Positions 26,840-35,146 of a stretch of 44,033 bases of DNA are shown piece after piece (position 1 is the stretch's first letter; every line of letters starts with the position of its first letter). Both the position numbers and the translations under genes were made by a program. A model generated the notes under the pieces. That model was not told the DNA's origin. It saw only the letters and a program-made list of their open reading frames with translations, and made no database searches. Location of the stretch: IMG/VR virus record IMGVR_UViG_3300049198_000011, positions 1 through 44,033 of that record; one strand, written 5' to 3'. The stretch is from a virus.

Positions 26840-26886
26840 GTTAATAAACTCCAAATGATTGCCAGCAACCGACTGGCTGCGGATTG

Positions 26887-27192
26887 TTATTTTGCAAAGC
26901 GTGGACCGCCGCGAAAATCAGCTGTAACAGCTCCAATTCTGCCAAGGTATGTATCAATCGCATCAGCGCTTGCCAGCTTGCATAACTCCCACTTTCCGCC
27001 AATGGTGCGCTGGTTAATTACGCCAGTTGTCAGCTTTGGAGTTTTCTTCCATAGCGTTTCGCCAACAACAACAAATTGCGCCTGATAAAAAAGCTCAGGG
27101 CTGCTCTGGTAAGTTGCGGCCTCGTGAGCCGCATGTTGTGGCGAGCCGTGCATAAAGTTGTTGTACTTTTTCAAGATTGCTGTGTATTTCAT
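26887..27192 (-). CDS. Hypothetical 101-aa protein
   Basis: Start trimmed to MKYTAILKK (gggagtgggaaaaATG). Confidence 0.55.
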   Translation of the reverse strand: MKYTAILKKYNNFMHGSPQHAAHEAATYQSSPELFYQAQFVVVGETLWKKTPKLTTGVINQRTIGGKWELCKLASADAIDTYLGRIGAVTADFRGGPRFAK

Positions 27193-27217
27193 TTTTCCCA
27201 CTCCCAATTAAAAAGTA

Positions 27218-27370
27218 TCAAAACTTAATCTTAAAAACACCAAACAAAACCAGTTTGCGCTGGTATGCGTCCGGCACTCTGATGTCGCCACGGTGTACAA
27301 GGCGGATAAACTCGTCATGCTCCCATTCCAGGTGGCTTAATTCTTTGTGGTCGTAGATTACTTTTAGCAT
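27218..27370 (-). CDS. Hypothetical 50-aa protein MLKVIYDHKELSHLEWEHDEF...
   Basis: First ORF after the promoter at 27412-27439; RBS ggagaaagaaaaATG. Confidence 0.45.
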   Translation of the reverse strand: MLKVIYDHKELSHLEWEHDEFIRLVHRGDIRVPDAYQRKLVLFGVFKIKF

Positions 27371-27411
27371 TTTTCTTTCTCCGGTTAATCAGCCCTGCGC
27401 TGTATGATTCA

Positions 27412-27439
27412 AATATAGCATACTGGTTTATGGGTGCAA
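27412..27439 (-). promoter_or_regulatory. Sigma70-type promoter for the small-ORF early-left sub-operon
   Basis: Minus strand TTGCAC-16 nt-TATATT with TGc extended -10, about 40 nt upstream of ATG 27370. Confidence 0.6.
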
Positions 27440-27540
27440 GTGGTTTTTTGCATATATTTTTGTTAACGCTATGTAATAACTATTTATCGCTATTGTAAAA
27501 CCTTAATAAAATCAATCACTTAATGCCTTAAATAGATATA

Positions 27541-27768
27541 TAGTAAGATAGTTATATATATATATATATATATATATATTAATAAAAGTATATATAGGGG
27601 TATCTCCTACCAACTTTTTGTATGTATATAAGGGGGTATCCATAATCACTATCTATCTAAAAGGGGGTCACTATTCACTATTTAGCCTAACTTACTATTT
27701 GTCGTAAAAAACTTATAAATATCATAAACTTAAAGAATAGTTACTATACTCACTATCCTATTCGCTAT
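27541..27768 (+). promoter_or_regulatory. Candidate replication origin: G-rich iterons plus an array of YACTAT sites in a non-coding AT-rich region
   Basis: GGGGTATC at 27597 and 27633; GGGGTCAC at 27664. CACTAT at 27647, 27669, 27676 and 27751. TACTAT at 27692 and 27742. TAGTAAGATAGT at 27541. No ORF present. Lies between the primase terminator and the next promoter. Confidence 0.5.
27553..27578. repeat. (TA)13 dinucleotide microsatellite
   Basis: 26 nt of uninterrupted alternating TA, counted directly. Confidence 0.95.
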
Positions 27769-27782
27769 TTAGCGGAACCAAT

Positions 27783-27804
27783 AAAAAAGGCGCTTTCGCG
27801 CCTT
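27783..27804 (-). terminator. Rho-independent terminator after the primase gene
   Basis: aaggcgc-gaaa-gcgcctt followed by ttttttatt on the minus strand, 10 nt after stop 27814. Confidence 0.75.
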
Positions 27805-27813
27805 TTCGTCAAA

Positions 27814-30030
27814 TTATGCCGCCTGGTACTTCTTGACCGTTTTCCCGGTCTTGCCATGCTTTGACTCAATCAACTTTACCCTTCCGCTGTTAACAATTTT
27901 TTCAAGAACCTGAGCAACCAGCTCTTTTCTGTGAGGTCTACAGCGATTTACAATGACGCCCTCAGTCTCTGGCTCTGCGCTTGCTGTTAGGAATTGTTCA
28001 ATTTTAACAGCTACGGATTCGGACGGGCTTTCCTTTTCAACATCATTAGAACGCGCTAAACGCATTTTGGATGCACAATCACGCTTTACCAGCTCGTACG
28101 CCCACTGGACATGAGATAAAGTTCTCACGCCCTCAGGAATGGCCAAAATAAGGCTTATCTTTGCAGTTAGCTCGTAACCGCGTCGGTGTATTGCTTCAAG
28201 CCCGAAGTCTTTCGCATCTTCTGCTAATTGCCAAAAGTGCTCCGCGGCTTCAGCTAACAGCTTTTTTGCGTCTTGAGTGTCACCAATGGTTGCGACTTCA
28301 CTTAAATGCTCAACTCTTGAGCCTTCTTCTGATTCTCCTGTTCCGCGCATTGCTGCAAGCTGCATAGCAAGATTCATCGGCAATCCGCGCTGACCGCGGT
28401 TTTTGTTTGGTTTTGGGTTTGTCTCATGCTCGTTGAATATGATTGAACGACCGATAAATCCATTTGTTGCCATGTCGAAGCTGATCAGGCCGTTAAACGT
28501 GACCGGGGTTGTGAACCCCAGCAGGTTAACAAATGGGTTTTTAATGCCGTTATCAATATCGCGCAAGGATGATTGCAGGCGTTCAGCCCGGGATTGAAGC
28601 TTTCCGCTTTGGTCTTCATTCGCATCAATCTTTTTGTAGCAAGCGGCAAGCTCGTTTCTGATGTCAGTTTTCATGGTGTCTTTCAGGTCGCCGCTAACCT
28701 GCAAATACCCGTTCGCTTTCGTGAATGCTGACAAAAGAATTTTAACAACGCCCTCAAGATAGGCGGCACCGCCTTTACTTCCTGATGACACAAGAGTTTT
28801 AAGAAACATACCAAACTCATCAATGCAGTAAAATGCAGCCTGATGCCTGACAAAGTTTCTGATAATTTCTTGTTCTGACTTGATGTGGCCATGCAATGCA
28901 GCGCTCATCCCCGCGGCTCTTAGGCATTCGGCGTAAGCCTGCTGAATGGCTTCTTTCCCGGTTCCTGAGCCAGCCACACACAAAGCAAATATGTTTGCTG
29001 TTATCCCGGTCTGGTCTTGATAGCGCATCCCGGCAATTGAAGACACAACATTCAGAGCGGCAGCAACCGCTAAATGCTCCCGTGGGAAAAAGCACTGTCC
29101 AGAAATCCACTTTGCTAAATCGCCAACAAATCCAGGAGGGCGCAAAAGGTCAACGGATGGCGGAGCATCGTCAGTTTCGTCTAGCTCAAAGTCAGTTTCA
29201 AAAGTAACAGACTGCTGATACCCGCCAAGCTCTGCGTAGTGAATTAAGGTTCCAAGCCCTACTGGGTTTGATGATTTGCCAAAGCTGTGCCAATGCCTTT
29301 GTATTGCGTCGAACCCGGTATACTTTTCACCTGAAGCGCTCCACTTATCCCAAACATCAATCCCGGTACCGTTAAGCACTTGATTGATTGCCATGCCGCA
29401 TTTTATCCACTGGTCATAATCACAATCTGGGCTGATGTGTGAAAGCATCAACTCAATATCTGCAACGCTAACATCAACTGGGCCATCATTTGTCAAAGCG
29501 CGGTAAGTGTCAGGCTTTTTCAGTGCAGCCAGTAAATCAGATGGCGCATCACCAACATTGTGCGGACTTCCTGACTCGTCTTCATAGCATGAGCCTGACG
29601 CATGCATGCTGCCTGAACCAACGACATAGCCAGTGGTTTTAAAGTCAATGCCCGGGTAATTATCCAAATGCTGCAAAAAAGCGCCGCCAGGTGATTTAAA
29701 ATAGATGTGCCAGCCCCCGCCGCCAGTTTTAACAACAAAACCTGACTCGTCATACCAATGGCTAACACTTTCTAATGTGCCGCCGTTGCGAGGGTCAATG
29801 TCGATGATGATCCAGCCATCACACAACACGCCAAACCCAGTATCAAACTGCCCCATTTCCTGCATTGTCTCTAGCTGCTCGTCAGACCAATCAGGCGTGT
29901 GCTGCCAGTTGCTACTATACGGTTTTTTGAACTGCTGCTTCTCTGGCAGCTCGCTGCCGTCATGGTCTAGCTTCCCGAGCAAGCCGAAAACTTTAAAGCC
30001 AGCTTCTAAATAGTCGAATTGGTTAGCCAT
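27814..30030 (-). CDS. Bifunctional primase-polymerase (AEP Prim-Pol) with PriCT-like region and C-terminal P-loop NTPase, 738 aa
   Basis: IIIDIDPRNGG and GGGGWHIYF (AEP motifs). DYDQWIKCGMAINQV...WDKWS (PriCT-like). Walker A CVAGSGTGKE. Confidence 0.75.
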   Translation of the reverse strand: MANQFDYLEAGFKVFGLLGKLDHDGSELPEKQQFKKPYSSNWQHTPDWSDEQLETMQEMGQFDTGFGVLCDGWIIIDIDPRNGGTLESVSHWYDESGFVVKTGGGGWHIYFKSPGGAFLQHLDNYPGIDFKTTGYVVGSGSMHASGSCYEDESGSPHNVGDAPSDLLAALKKPDTYRALTNDGPVDVSVADIELMLSHISPDCDYDQWIKCGMAINQVLNGTGIDVWDKWSASGEKYTGFDAIQRHWHSFGKSSNPVGLGTLIHYAELGGYQQSVTFETDFELDETDDAPPSVDLLRPPGFVGDLAKWISGQCFFPREHLAVAAALNVVSSIAGMRYQDQTGITANIFALCVAGSGTGKEAIQQAYAECLRAAGMSAALHGHIKSEQEIIRNFVRHQAAFYCIDEFGMFLKTLVSSGSKGGAAYLEGVVKILLSAFTKANGYLQVSGDLKDTMKTDIRNELAACYKKIDANEDQSGKLQSRAERLQSSLRDIDNGIKNPFVNLLGFTTPVTFNGLISFDMATNGFIGRSIIFNEHETNPKPNKNRGQRGLPMNLAMQLAAMRGTGESEEGSRVEHLSEVATIGDTQDAKKLLAEAAEHFWQLAEDAKDFGLEAIHRRGYELTAKISLILAIPEGVRTLSHVQWAYELVKRDCASKMRLARSNDVEKESPSESVAVKIEQFLTASAEPETEGVIVNRCRPHRKELVAQVLEKIVNSGRVKLIESKHGKTGKTVKKYQAA

Positions 30031-30202
30031 TAAGCTTCCCCTCTAAGTAGTCGCTCAGCAATTTAACTGTCTCATAAGATGGCTTGCAGGCTGTGCCGTT
30101 ATAGATTGCCGCCACTGTTTGCCTGGTAAGGCCGGTAGCTCTTGCCACTGCTGACAAGTTGCGATCTCTTAGGTGTTCTTTAATTTGTTCGATAGTAAGC
30201 AT
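30023..30202 (-). CDS. Cro-like HTH regulator, 59 aa
   Basis: Start trimmed to the second ATG (ctagggagacaaccaATG). HTH is LSAVARATGLTRQTVAAIYNG. Its stop overlaps the primase start. Confidence 0.65.
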   Translation of the reverse strand: MLTIEQIKEHLRDRNLSAVARATGLTRQTVAAIYNGTACKPSYETVKLLSDYLEGKLNG

Positions 30203-30223
30203 TGGTTGTCTCCCTAGTAAGAT

Positions 30224-30252
30224 AGTAAGCATAGTAAACGTTTATGCTTACT
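30224..30252. promoter_or_regulatory. Operator-like inverted repeat AGTAAGCATA-n9-TATGCTTACT
   Basis: Perfect 10-bp arms covering the spacer and -10 of the leftward promoter. Confidence 0.6.
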
Positions 30253-30259
30253 GTCGCAA
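30231..30259 (-). promoter_or_regulatory. Leftward early promoter (HTH-primase operon)
   Basis: Minus strand TTGCGA-17 nt-TACTAT. Confidence 0.5.
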
Positions 30260-30278
30260 TTATTTTCGTTAGATAGTG

Positions 30279-30307
30279 TTGACACTATAAAAGTCATGTG
30301 TAATTAT
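30279..30307 (+). promoter_or_regulatory. Rightward early promoter
   Basis: TTGACA-17 nt-AATTAT with TGt extended -10. The -35 lies inside the palindrome ATAGTG-ttga-CACTAT (30273-30288). RBS aagaggagg precedes ATG 30342. Confidence 0.65.
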
Positions 30308-30341
30308 TTGCCTCGTTGAGAGAGAAAAGAGGAGGACAATC

Positions 30342-31103
30342 ATGTCACTGCTATCAACAGTCACTAAACCGCAAGACCGCCCAGTTATTGCTACCATCAC
30401 AGGTGATGCAGGAACAGGCAAAACAACGTTAGCCGCAACATTTCCAAAACCAATTTTTATCCGCATTGAAGATGGCTTGCAGGCTGTGCCTGCAGAGATT
30501 CGACCAGATGCTTTCCCGGTGGTAACTAAGGTTGACCAGTTGTGGGAGCAGTTAACCGCTCTCATTAAAGATGAGCACGATTACAAAACAGTCGTTGTTG
30601 ACTCGGTAACTCAGCTTGAGACTTTGTTTTCTGAGTATGTTATCGAGACTGACCCGAAAAAGCCTAAGAGCCTGGCGCAAGCAAACGGCGGCTATGGTGC
30701 CGGGTACGGTGCAGTGTCAGCTTTGCATGGTCGTGTTCGCAAGGCTGCAAAAATGCTGAATGAGCAACGCGGCATGCATGTTGTGTTTATTGCTCATAGC
30801 GATGTGACAACTATTGAGCTGCCTGATGAAGACCCGTATAGCCGCTATGAATTGCGGATGCACAAGAAAAGTGTTCCGCACTACGTTGATAACGTTGACT
30901 TAGTTGCCTATCTGCGCCTTGAAACGTTTACCACAGGCGATGGCGAGCGCAAAAAGGCGATTAGCAGCGGCAACCGCATTGCTGTCTGCCACACTACCGC
31001 GGCAAACGTTAGTAAAAATCGTTTTGGCATTACTGAGCCATTAGATGTGCCACACGGCAAAAACCCATTTGTTAACTACGTACCAACTTTGAAAGGTGAA
31101 TAA
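30342..31103 (+). CDS. Sak4-like RecA-family AAA ATPase (AAA_24 type), 253 aa
   Basis: Walker A TGDAGTGKTT and Walker B VVVDSV; first gene of the recombination/replication module. Confidence 0.7.
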   Translation: MSLLSTVTKPQDRPVIATITGDAGTGKTTLAATFPKPIFIRIEDGLQAVPAEIRPDAFPVVTKVDQLWEQLTALIKDEHDYKTVVVDSVTQLETLFSEYVIETDPKKPKSLAQANGGYGAGYGAVSALHGRVRKAAKMLNEQRGMHVVFIAHSDVTTIELPDEDPYSRYELRMHKKSVPHYVDNVDLVAYLRLETFTTGDGERKKAISSGNRIAVCHTTAANVSKNRFGITEPLDVPHGKNPFVNYVPTLKGE

Positions 31104-31104
31104 T

Positions 31105-31629
31105 ATGTCTTTTTGGAATTTATCAGATAGCAACGAAAAGTTAGACACTACTGGCAGCTTTGAATCAGGTGGCGGAGATATGGCTCCAATCCCTGACGGC
31201 ACACAAGTTAAAGCCGCGATTGATGAATCAAAGTGGGATAGCTACGAAGGTGTTGAGTATGTTTCACTACGCTGGAATGTGTTAATGCCAGCCGAGTTTA
31301 AAGGCCGTAAGATTTTTCAGAAAGTCCGGGTGAAAGATGCTGACAAGAAAAAGTCAGACAAAGCCAAAAAGATGCTGGCAGCTATTGCTGTGAATGCTGG
31401 CGGTGGATTGTTGAAGGTTGCAGAGCCTGGTGATCAGGATTTGCAAAAACACCTGATGAACAAGCCAATGGCATTGCTGCTGAAAGTCTGGGAAATCGAC
31501 AAGACCGACGGCACAGGCAAAGCAACCGGCAACTGGGTTAGCGCTGTTTCACCACTGAAAAAGCCAGAGCCTGTGCCAGTTGTTGCCGAACCTGCGCCTG
31601 CAATTCACGAAGATGATTTGGGATTCTAA
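31105..31629 (+). CDS. DUF669-like protein (putative ssDNA-binding partner of Sak4), 174 aa
   Basis: Start trimmed to MSFWNL (aggtgaataatATG). The pattern PIPDGTQVKAAIDE...RWNVLMPAEFKGRKIFQKV, and the position after Sak4, fit DUF669. Confidence 0.5.
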   Translation: MSFWNLSDSNEKLDTTGSFESGGGDMAPIPDGTQVKAAIDESKWDSYEGVEYVSLRWNVLMPAEFKGRKIFQKVRVKDADKKKSDKAKKMLAAIAVNAGGGLLKVAEPGDQDLQKHLMNKPMALLLKVWEIDKTDGTGKATGNWVSAVSPLKKPEPVPVVAEPAPAIHEDDLGF

Positions 31630-31673
31630 CAATAACAAGGCGCAAGGATGCGCCTTTACTCTTGGAGGTACTT

Positions 31674-32513
31674 ATGGAGCAGCGTAGCGTTGAATGGTTT
31701 GAAGCCCGGGCAAACAGAATCACTGGGAGCGCAATAGGCGCAATTCTTGGGTTGTCACCTTTTGCAAGTCGCACAGATGTAATGCGTAGAATGGTCAGAG
31801 ATTACCACGGGCAACCGTCAGAGTTTACTGGCAACGTGGCAACAGAATACGGAACGATTAACGAGCCAAATGCGCTGACCGATTATCAAATGCAGCACAA
31901 TAAAGTTATTGAGTGCGGTTTTATTGTGCATCCTGACTTTGAATGGCTTGGCGCTTCACCAGATGGCTTGATTGGCGATGACGGGTTGATAGAAATTAAA
32001 TGTCCGTACGGCATGCGCCATCAGGGTGAAGGTTTTAAAGAAATTGGCGAACAGCCTCACTATTACGCCCAGATGCAGTATCAGCTTTTTTGCACTGGCC
32101 GTATGTGGTGCGACTTTTACCAATGGTCGCCTTATGGTGATTTTTTACAGCGCATCAACCTTGATACTGAGTTTATTGAAACGACTCTGCCACAGCTAAA
32201 GGCTTTTTATGATGAGTATCTTGATGAGCGCAAGCCTGAAAACGCATGGCGCTACATCGATGGCGGAATGTTGGTTCAGCGCTTTAAGATGGCTAAGGCT
32301 GCGCTTGAGGTTGCAGAAAACGAGCTTGAGGAAGCAAAGCAAGCGTTAGTTGATGCTACCAATGGAGCTGGCGGAAAGATTGGAGATCTAAACGTCACCC
32401 TAGCAAAGCGTCAGGGAAGTATCGCATACGCGAAAGCAGTTAAAGACTTGCTGCCAGATGCTGACCTTGAATCATATCGCGGCAAAGAATCATCTTACTG
32501 GGTTGTAAAATAA
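31674..32513 (+). CDS. YqaJ-like exonuclease (PD-(D/E)XK, lambda Exo type)
   Basis: Start trimmed to MEQRSVEWFEAR (ggaggtacttATG). ITGSAIGAILGLSPF, GASPDG and IEIKCP motifs. Confidence 0.75.
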   Translation: MEQRSVEWFEARANRITGSAIGAILGLSPFASRTDVMRRMVRDYHGQPSEFTGNVATEYGTINEPNALTDYQMQHNKVIECGFIVHPDFEWLGASPDGLIGDDGLIEIKCPYGMRHQGEGFKEIGEQPHYYAQMQYQLFCTGRMWCDFYQWSPYGDFLQRINLDTEFIETTLPQLKAFYDEYLDERKPENAWRYIDGGMLVQRFKMAKAALEVAENELEEAKQALVDATNGAGGKIGDLNVTLAKRQGSIAYAKAVKDLLPDADLESYRGKESSYWVVK

Positions 32514-34390
32514 TGAAAGCCCGGGATTATCAACAGGCCGCAGTTGATGCGGCTATTGACTGGATGAAAAAATGCATTGACCCGGCTGTCTTGGATTTGG
32601 CAACCGGGGCAGGCAAGTCTTTTATCATTGCGCTGATTGCTAAATGGCTGGAAGAAAACACCGGGAAGAAAACGCTCGTACTTGCGCCATCAAAAGAATT
32701 AGTTGAGCAAGACAGGGAAAAGTATTTATCCACAGGTTTACCTGCATCAGTTTACTGCGCCAGTATTGAAAAGTGTCTGCGTCATAATGTTGTGTTTGGT
32801 ACGCCGCAAACTGTCGGAAACAGCATAGAAAAGTTTGGTGCTAACTTTGCCTGCGTCATTATTGATGAGGGTGACGGCATAACTCCAACAGTTAAAAAGA
32901 TTATTGAGCAGATAAGACAGCGAAATCCTAAGCTTAGGGTTTTAGGGTTAACAGCCACCCCGTATCGGCTTGGCACCGGATATATTTACGCATACGACCA
33001 AGACGGAAAGCCAATGCATGAAACTGAATGTATTGATCCGTTTTATCAAAGGCTGCTTTATCGAGTTGACGCGCACGAGTTAATTGAGCGCGGTTTTTTA
33101 ACGCCGCCACATGCAGACCTTGATCATGTTGCCGGGTACGATGCAGAACATCTTGAGTTAAACAGTCGCGGCCAATTTAACGCCCGGGATGTTGAGCAGG
33201 TCTTTGAAGGCAAGGGTAGGCTGACATCATTTATTGTTGCTGACATTGTGCAAAAGTCATACGCAAGAAATGGCGTTATTATATTTGCAGCAACTGTTGC
33301 ACATGCTTATGAAGTTATGGAGTCTCTGCCAAAAGAAAACAGCGAGATTATCCACGGCAACACGAGCAAGAGTGACAGGGAGTTAATTATAGAGCGTTTT
33401 AAAAAACGCCAGTTTAAATACCTTGTGAATGTTTCAGTGCTGACAGTTGGATTTGACGCGCCACACGTTGACGTTGTTGCCATCTTGCGGGCAACTGAAT
33501 CAGTTCGCTTGTTGCAGCAAATCATTGGCCGCGGTTTGCGGTTGGTTGACCCGTCAACGGCTGGTGATCCACTTTCTGTCGAGACTAGTGAAAAATCAGA
33601 CTGTTTAGTTTTGGATTATGCGAAAAACCTAGAAAGGCATTGCCCGGATGGTGACTTGTTTAATCCAAAAATAACGGCGAGAAAAAGCGCTGGAGAATCT
33701 GGCGGAGTTTCCGCGGTGTGTCCATCATGCTCATTTGAGAATGATTTTACTGGGAGAAATAACCCAGACAGGTTTGACATAGACATTAATGGCTACTTTG
33801 TTGATTTGTCAGGTAACAGAATAAAAACAGATAACGGTGACATGCCCGGGCACCACGGCAGAAGATGCTTTGGAACTAGCATCATTAAAGGCGTTAACGA
33901 GCGCTGCGGCTACAGATGGAGCGTTAAAGCTTGCGGTGAATGCGAGCATGAAAACGACATAACAGCAAGATACTGCGAAAAGTGCCGGGCAGAGCTTGTA
34001 AACCCTAACGACAAGTTGCAGATAGAGTTCACCAAGCTAAAGAAAGACCCATACAGCGCAACCAGTGACAAAGTGTTGTCATGGAAGCTGCAAGAGTGGG
34101 TTAGTCAAGCTGGAAATACTACGCTTAGGATTGACTTTACCACTGAATATCGCACTTTCAGCATTTGGTACAAGCAATACCAGGATTGTGAAGAAAAGCA
34201 CAGGACACCAAGAGCGTCATGGGTTCAGCTTTGCAAAGCTTGCGGAGTGTACGAGTCAAAGCCAAAAACAGCGCAGTCGTTTATTGACTGCAAGCCAACG
34301 ATGCCTGCGACTGTGACAGCAAGAAAAGAGCGCGGCACCAGCTTTTTTACTGTGATTGGTTACAACGAGAAAGAGGATGATCAACCATGA
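32513..34390 (+). CDS. SF2 DEAD/DEAH-type DNA helicase with C-terminal zinc-ribbon region, 625 aa
   Basis: LATGAGKS (motif I), IIDEGD (II), LTATPYR (III) and QIIGRGLR (VI). Also CPSC...., CGEC-x11-CEKC. Confidence 0.8.
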   Translation: MKARDYQQAAVDAAIDWMKKCIDPAVLDLATGAGKSFIIALIAKWLEENTGKKTLVLAPSKELVEQDREKYLSTGLPASVYCASIEKCLRHNVVFGTPQTVGNSIEKFGANFACVIIDEGDGITPTVKKIIEQIRQRNPKLRVLGLTATPYRLGTGYIYAYDQDGKPMHETECIDPFYQRLLYRVDAHELIERGFLTPPHADLDHVAGYDAEHLELNSRGQFNARDVEQVFEGKGRLTSFIVADIVQKSYARNGVIIFAATVAHAYEVMESLPKENSEIIHGNTSKSDRELIIERFKKRQFKYLVNVSVLTVGFDAPHVDVVAILRATESVRLLQQIIGRGLRLVDPSTAGDPLSVETSEKSDCLVLDYAKNLERHCPDGDLFNPKITARKSAGESGGVSAVCPSCSFENDFTGRNNPDRFDIDINGYFVDLSGNRIKTDNGDMPGHHGRRCFGTSIIKGVNERCGYRWSVKACGECEHENDITARYCEKCRAELVNPNDKLQIEFTKLKKDPYSATSDKVLSWKLQEWVSQAGNTTLRIDFTTEYRTFSIWYKQYQDCEEKHRTPRASWVQLCKACGVYESKPKTAQSFIDCKPTMPATVTARKERGTSFFTVIGYNEKEDDQP

Positions 34391-34788
34391 AGATACCAGA
34401 TTGGCTACCAGTATTCGGCGATATGGAGTACAGGAATAAAAACTGTCCGCCTGAGTCAGCAGAGCAGATCACGTTTTTCAATACACTGCGCCGTGACTAC
34501 CCGCGGCTTGGATTGATTGCCCTTCATCCGAGGAACGAGGGTAAGCGTACAATGCAGCAAGTGCAACGCCAAAAAGCTGAAGGCATGACAACTGGCGCAC
34601 CGGATATAGTTATCCCTGGGAACCCGTCATTTTTGTGCGAGTTAAAAAGACTCGACCACACGCAAAGCAGATGGCAGGATGGTCAGCTTGAATATCTGCA
34701 AGCAGCAAAAGAAAGCGGCTCTTTCGTTTGTGTAGCTTTCGGCCACAAGGCAGCACTGGAGGCGCTAAAAGTATGGATTGGGAATTAA
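34387..34788 (+). CDS. VRR-NUC domain nuclease, 133 aa
   Basis: GAPDIVIPGNPSFLCELKR (D...E-x-K catalytic pattern); typical partner of the helicase. Confidence 0.7.
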   Translation: MKIPDWLPVFGDMEYRNKNCPPESAEQITFFNTLRRDYPRLGLIALHPRNEGKRTMQQVQRQKAEGMTTGAPDIVIPGNPSFLCELKRLDHTQSRWQDGQLEYLQAAKESGSFVCVAFGHKAALEALKVWIGN

Positions 34789-35018
34789 TAAAGCGGCATG
34801 CTTACCAGCTTGATGCCGTATTGAAAAAACAGAAACAACCTGGCGAAGTGGATCTAGAAATAGGCCACATGATGCTAGTGTGGTGCTACTGCGATGCTAG
34901 ATGGCTGGCAGACTTGCCAGCGGATGAACGCAAGGCAGGACTTGAGAGAGTGCACGAGCTATTCCGCGATGATGTAAAGAACATGGCTAAGCTGATATTG
35001 AAAGGAGAGATACCATGA
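34773..35018 (+). CDS. Hypothetical 81-aa protein
   Basis: Start trimmed to MDWELIKRH (ggaggcgctaaaagtATG). Confidence 0.5.
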   Translation: MDWELIKRHAYQLDAVLKKQKQPGEVDLEIGHMMLVWCYCDARWLADLPADERKAGLERVHELFRDDVKNMAKLILKGEIP

Positions 35019-35146
35019 AAGCGTACCAAATCACCCTACCAACAGGACGCCCATTTACCTACATTACCGAAGAGCCGGCCGCCAACATTGCAGCGGCAGT
35101 TTTGGAAAGGTTTAGGGTTGCCCCTGTTGCGGTTGTGGCGCTATGA
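35015..35146 (+). CDS. Hypothetical 43-aa protein MKAYQITLPTGRPFTYITEEP...
   Basis: aaggagagataccATG; ATGA overlaps at both ends. Confidence 0.45.
   Translation: MKAYQITLPTGRPFTYITEEPAANIAAAVLERFRVAPVAVVAL

Noticed and set aside
26609-27085. 158-aa plus-strand ORF across the early-left small-gene block
   Set aside because: It runs antisense to four minus-strand ORFs that have RBS and coupled start/stop overlaps. It has no RBS, and its composition (Pro/Ser/Cys/Arg-rich) looks non-coding.
27553-27578. (TA)13 as a phase-variable promoter spacer
   Set aside because: It does not lie between the -35 and -10 of any promoter I could define; the nearest promoter is at 27412-27439, more than 110 bp away. 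It fits better as an unwinding element of the ori-like region.
30269-30565. 98-aa minus-strand ORF spanning the rightward promoter and the start of the Sak4-like gene
   Set aside because: It overlaps a well-supported promoter, RBS and Walker-A-containing CDS on the other strand, and its sequence is low-quality.
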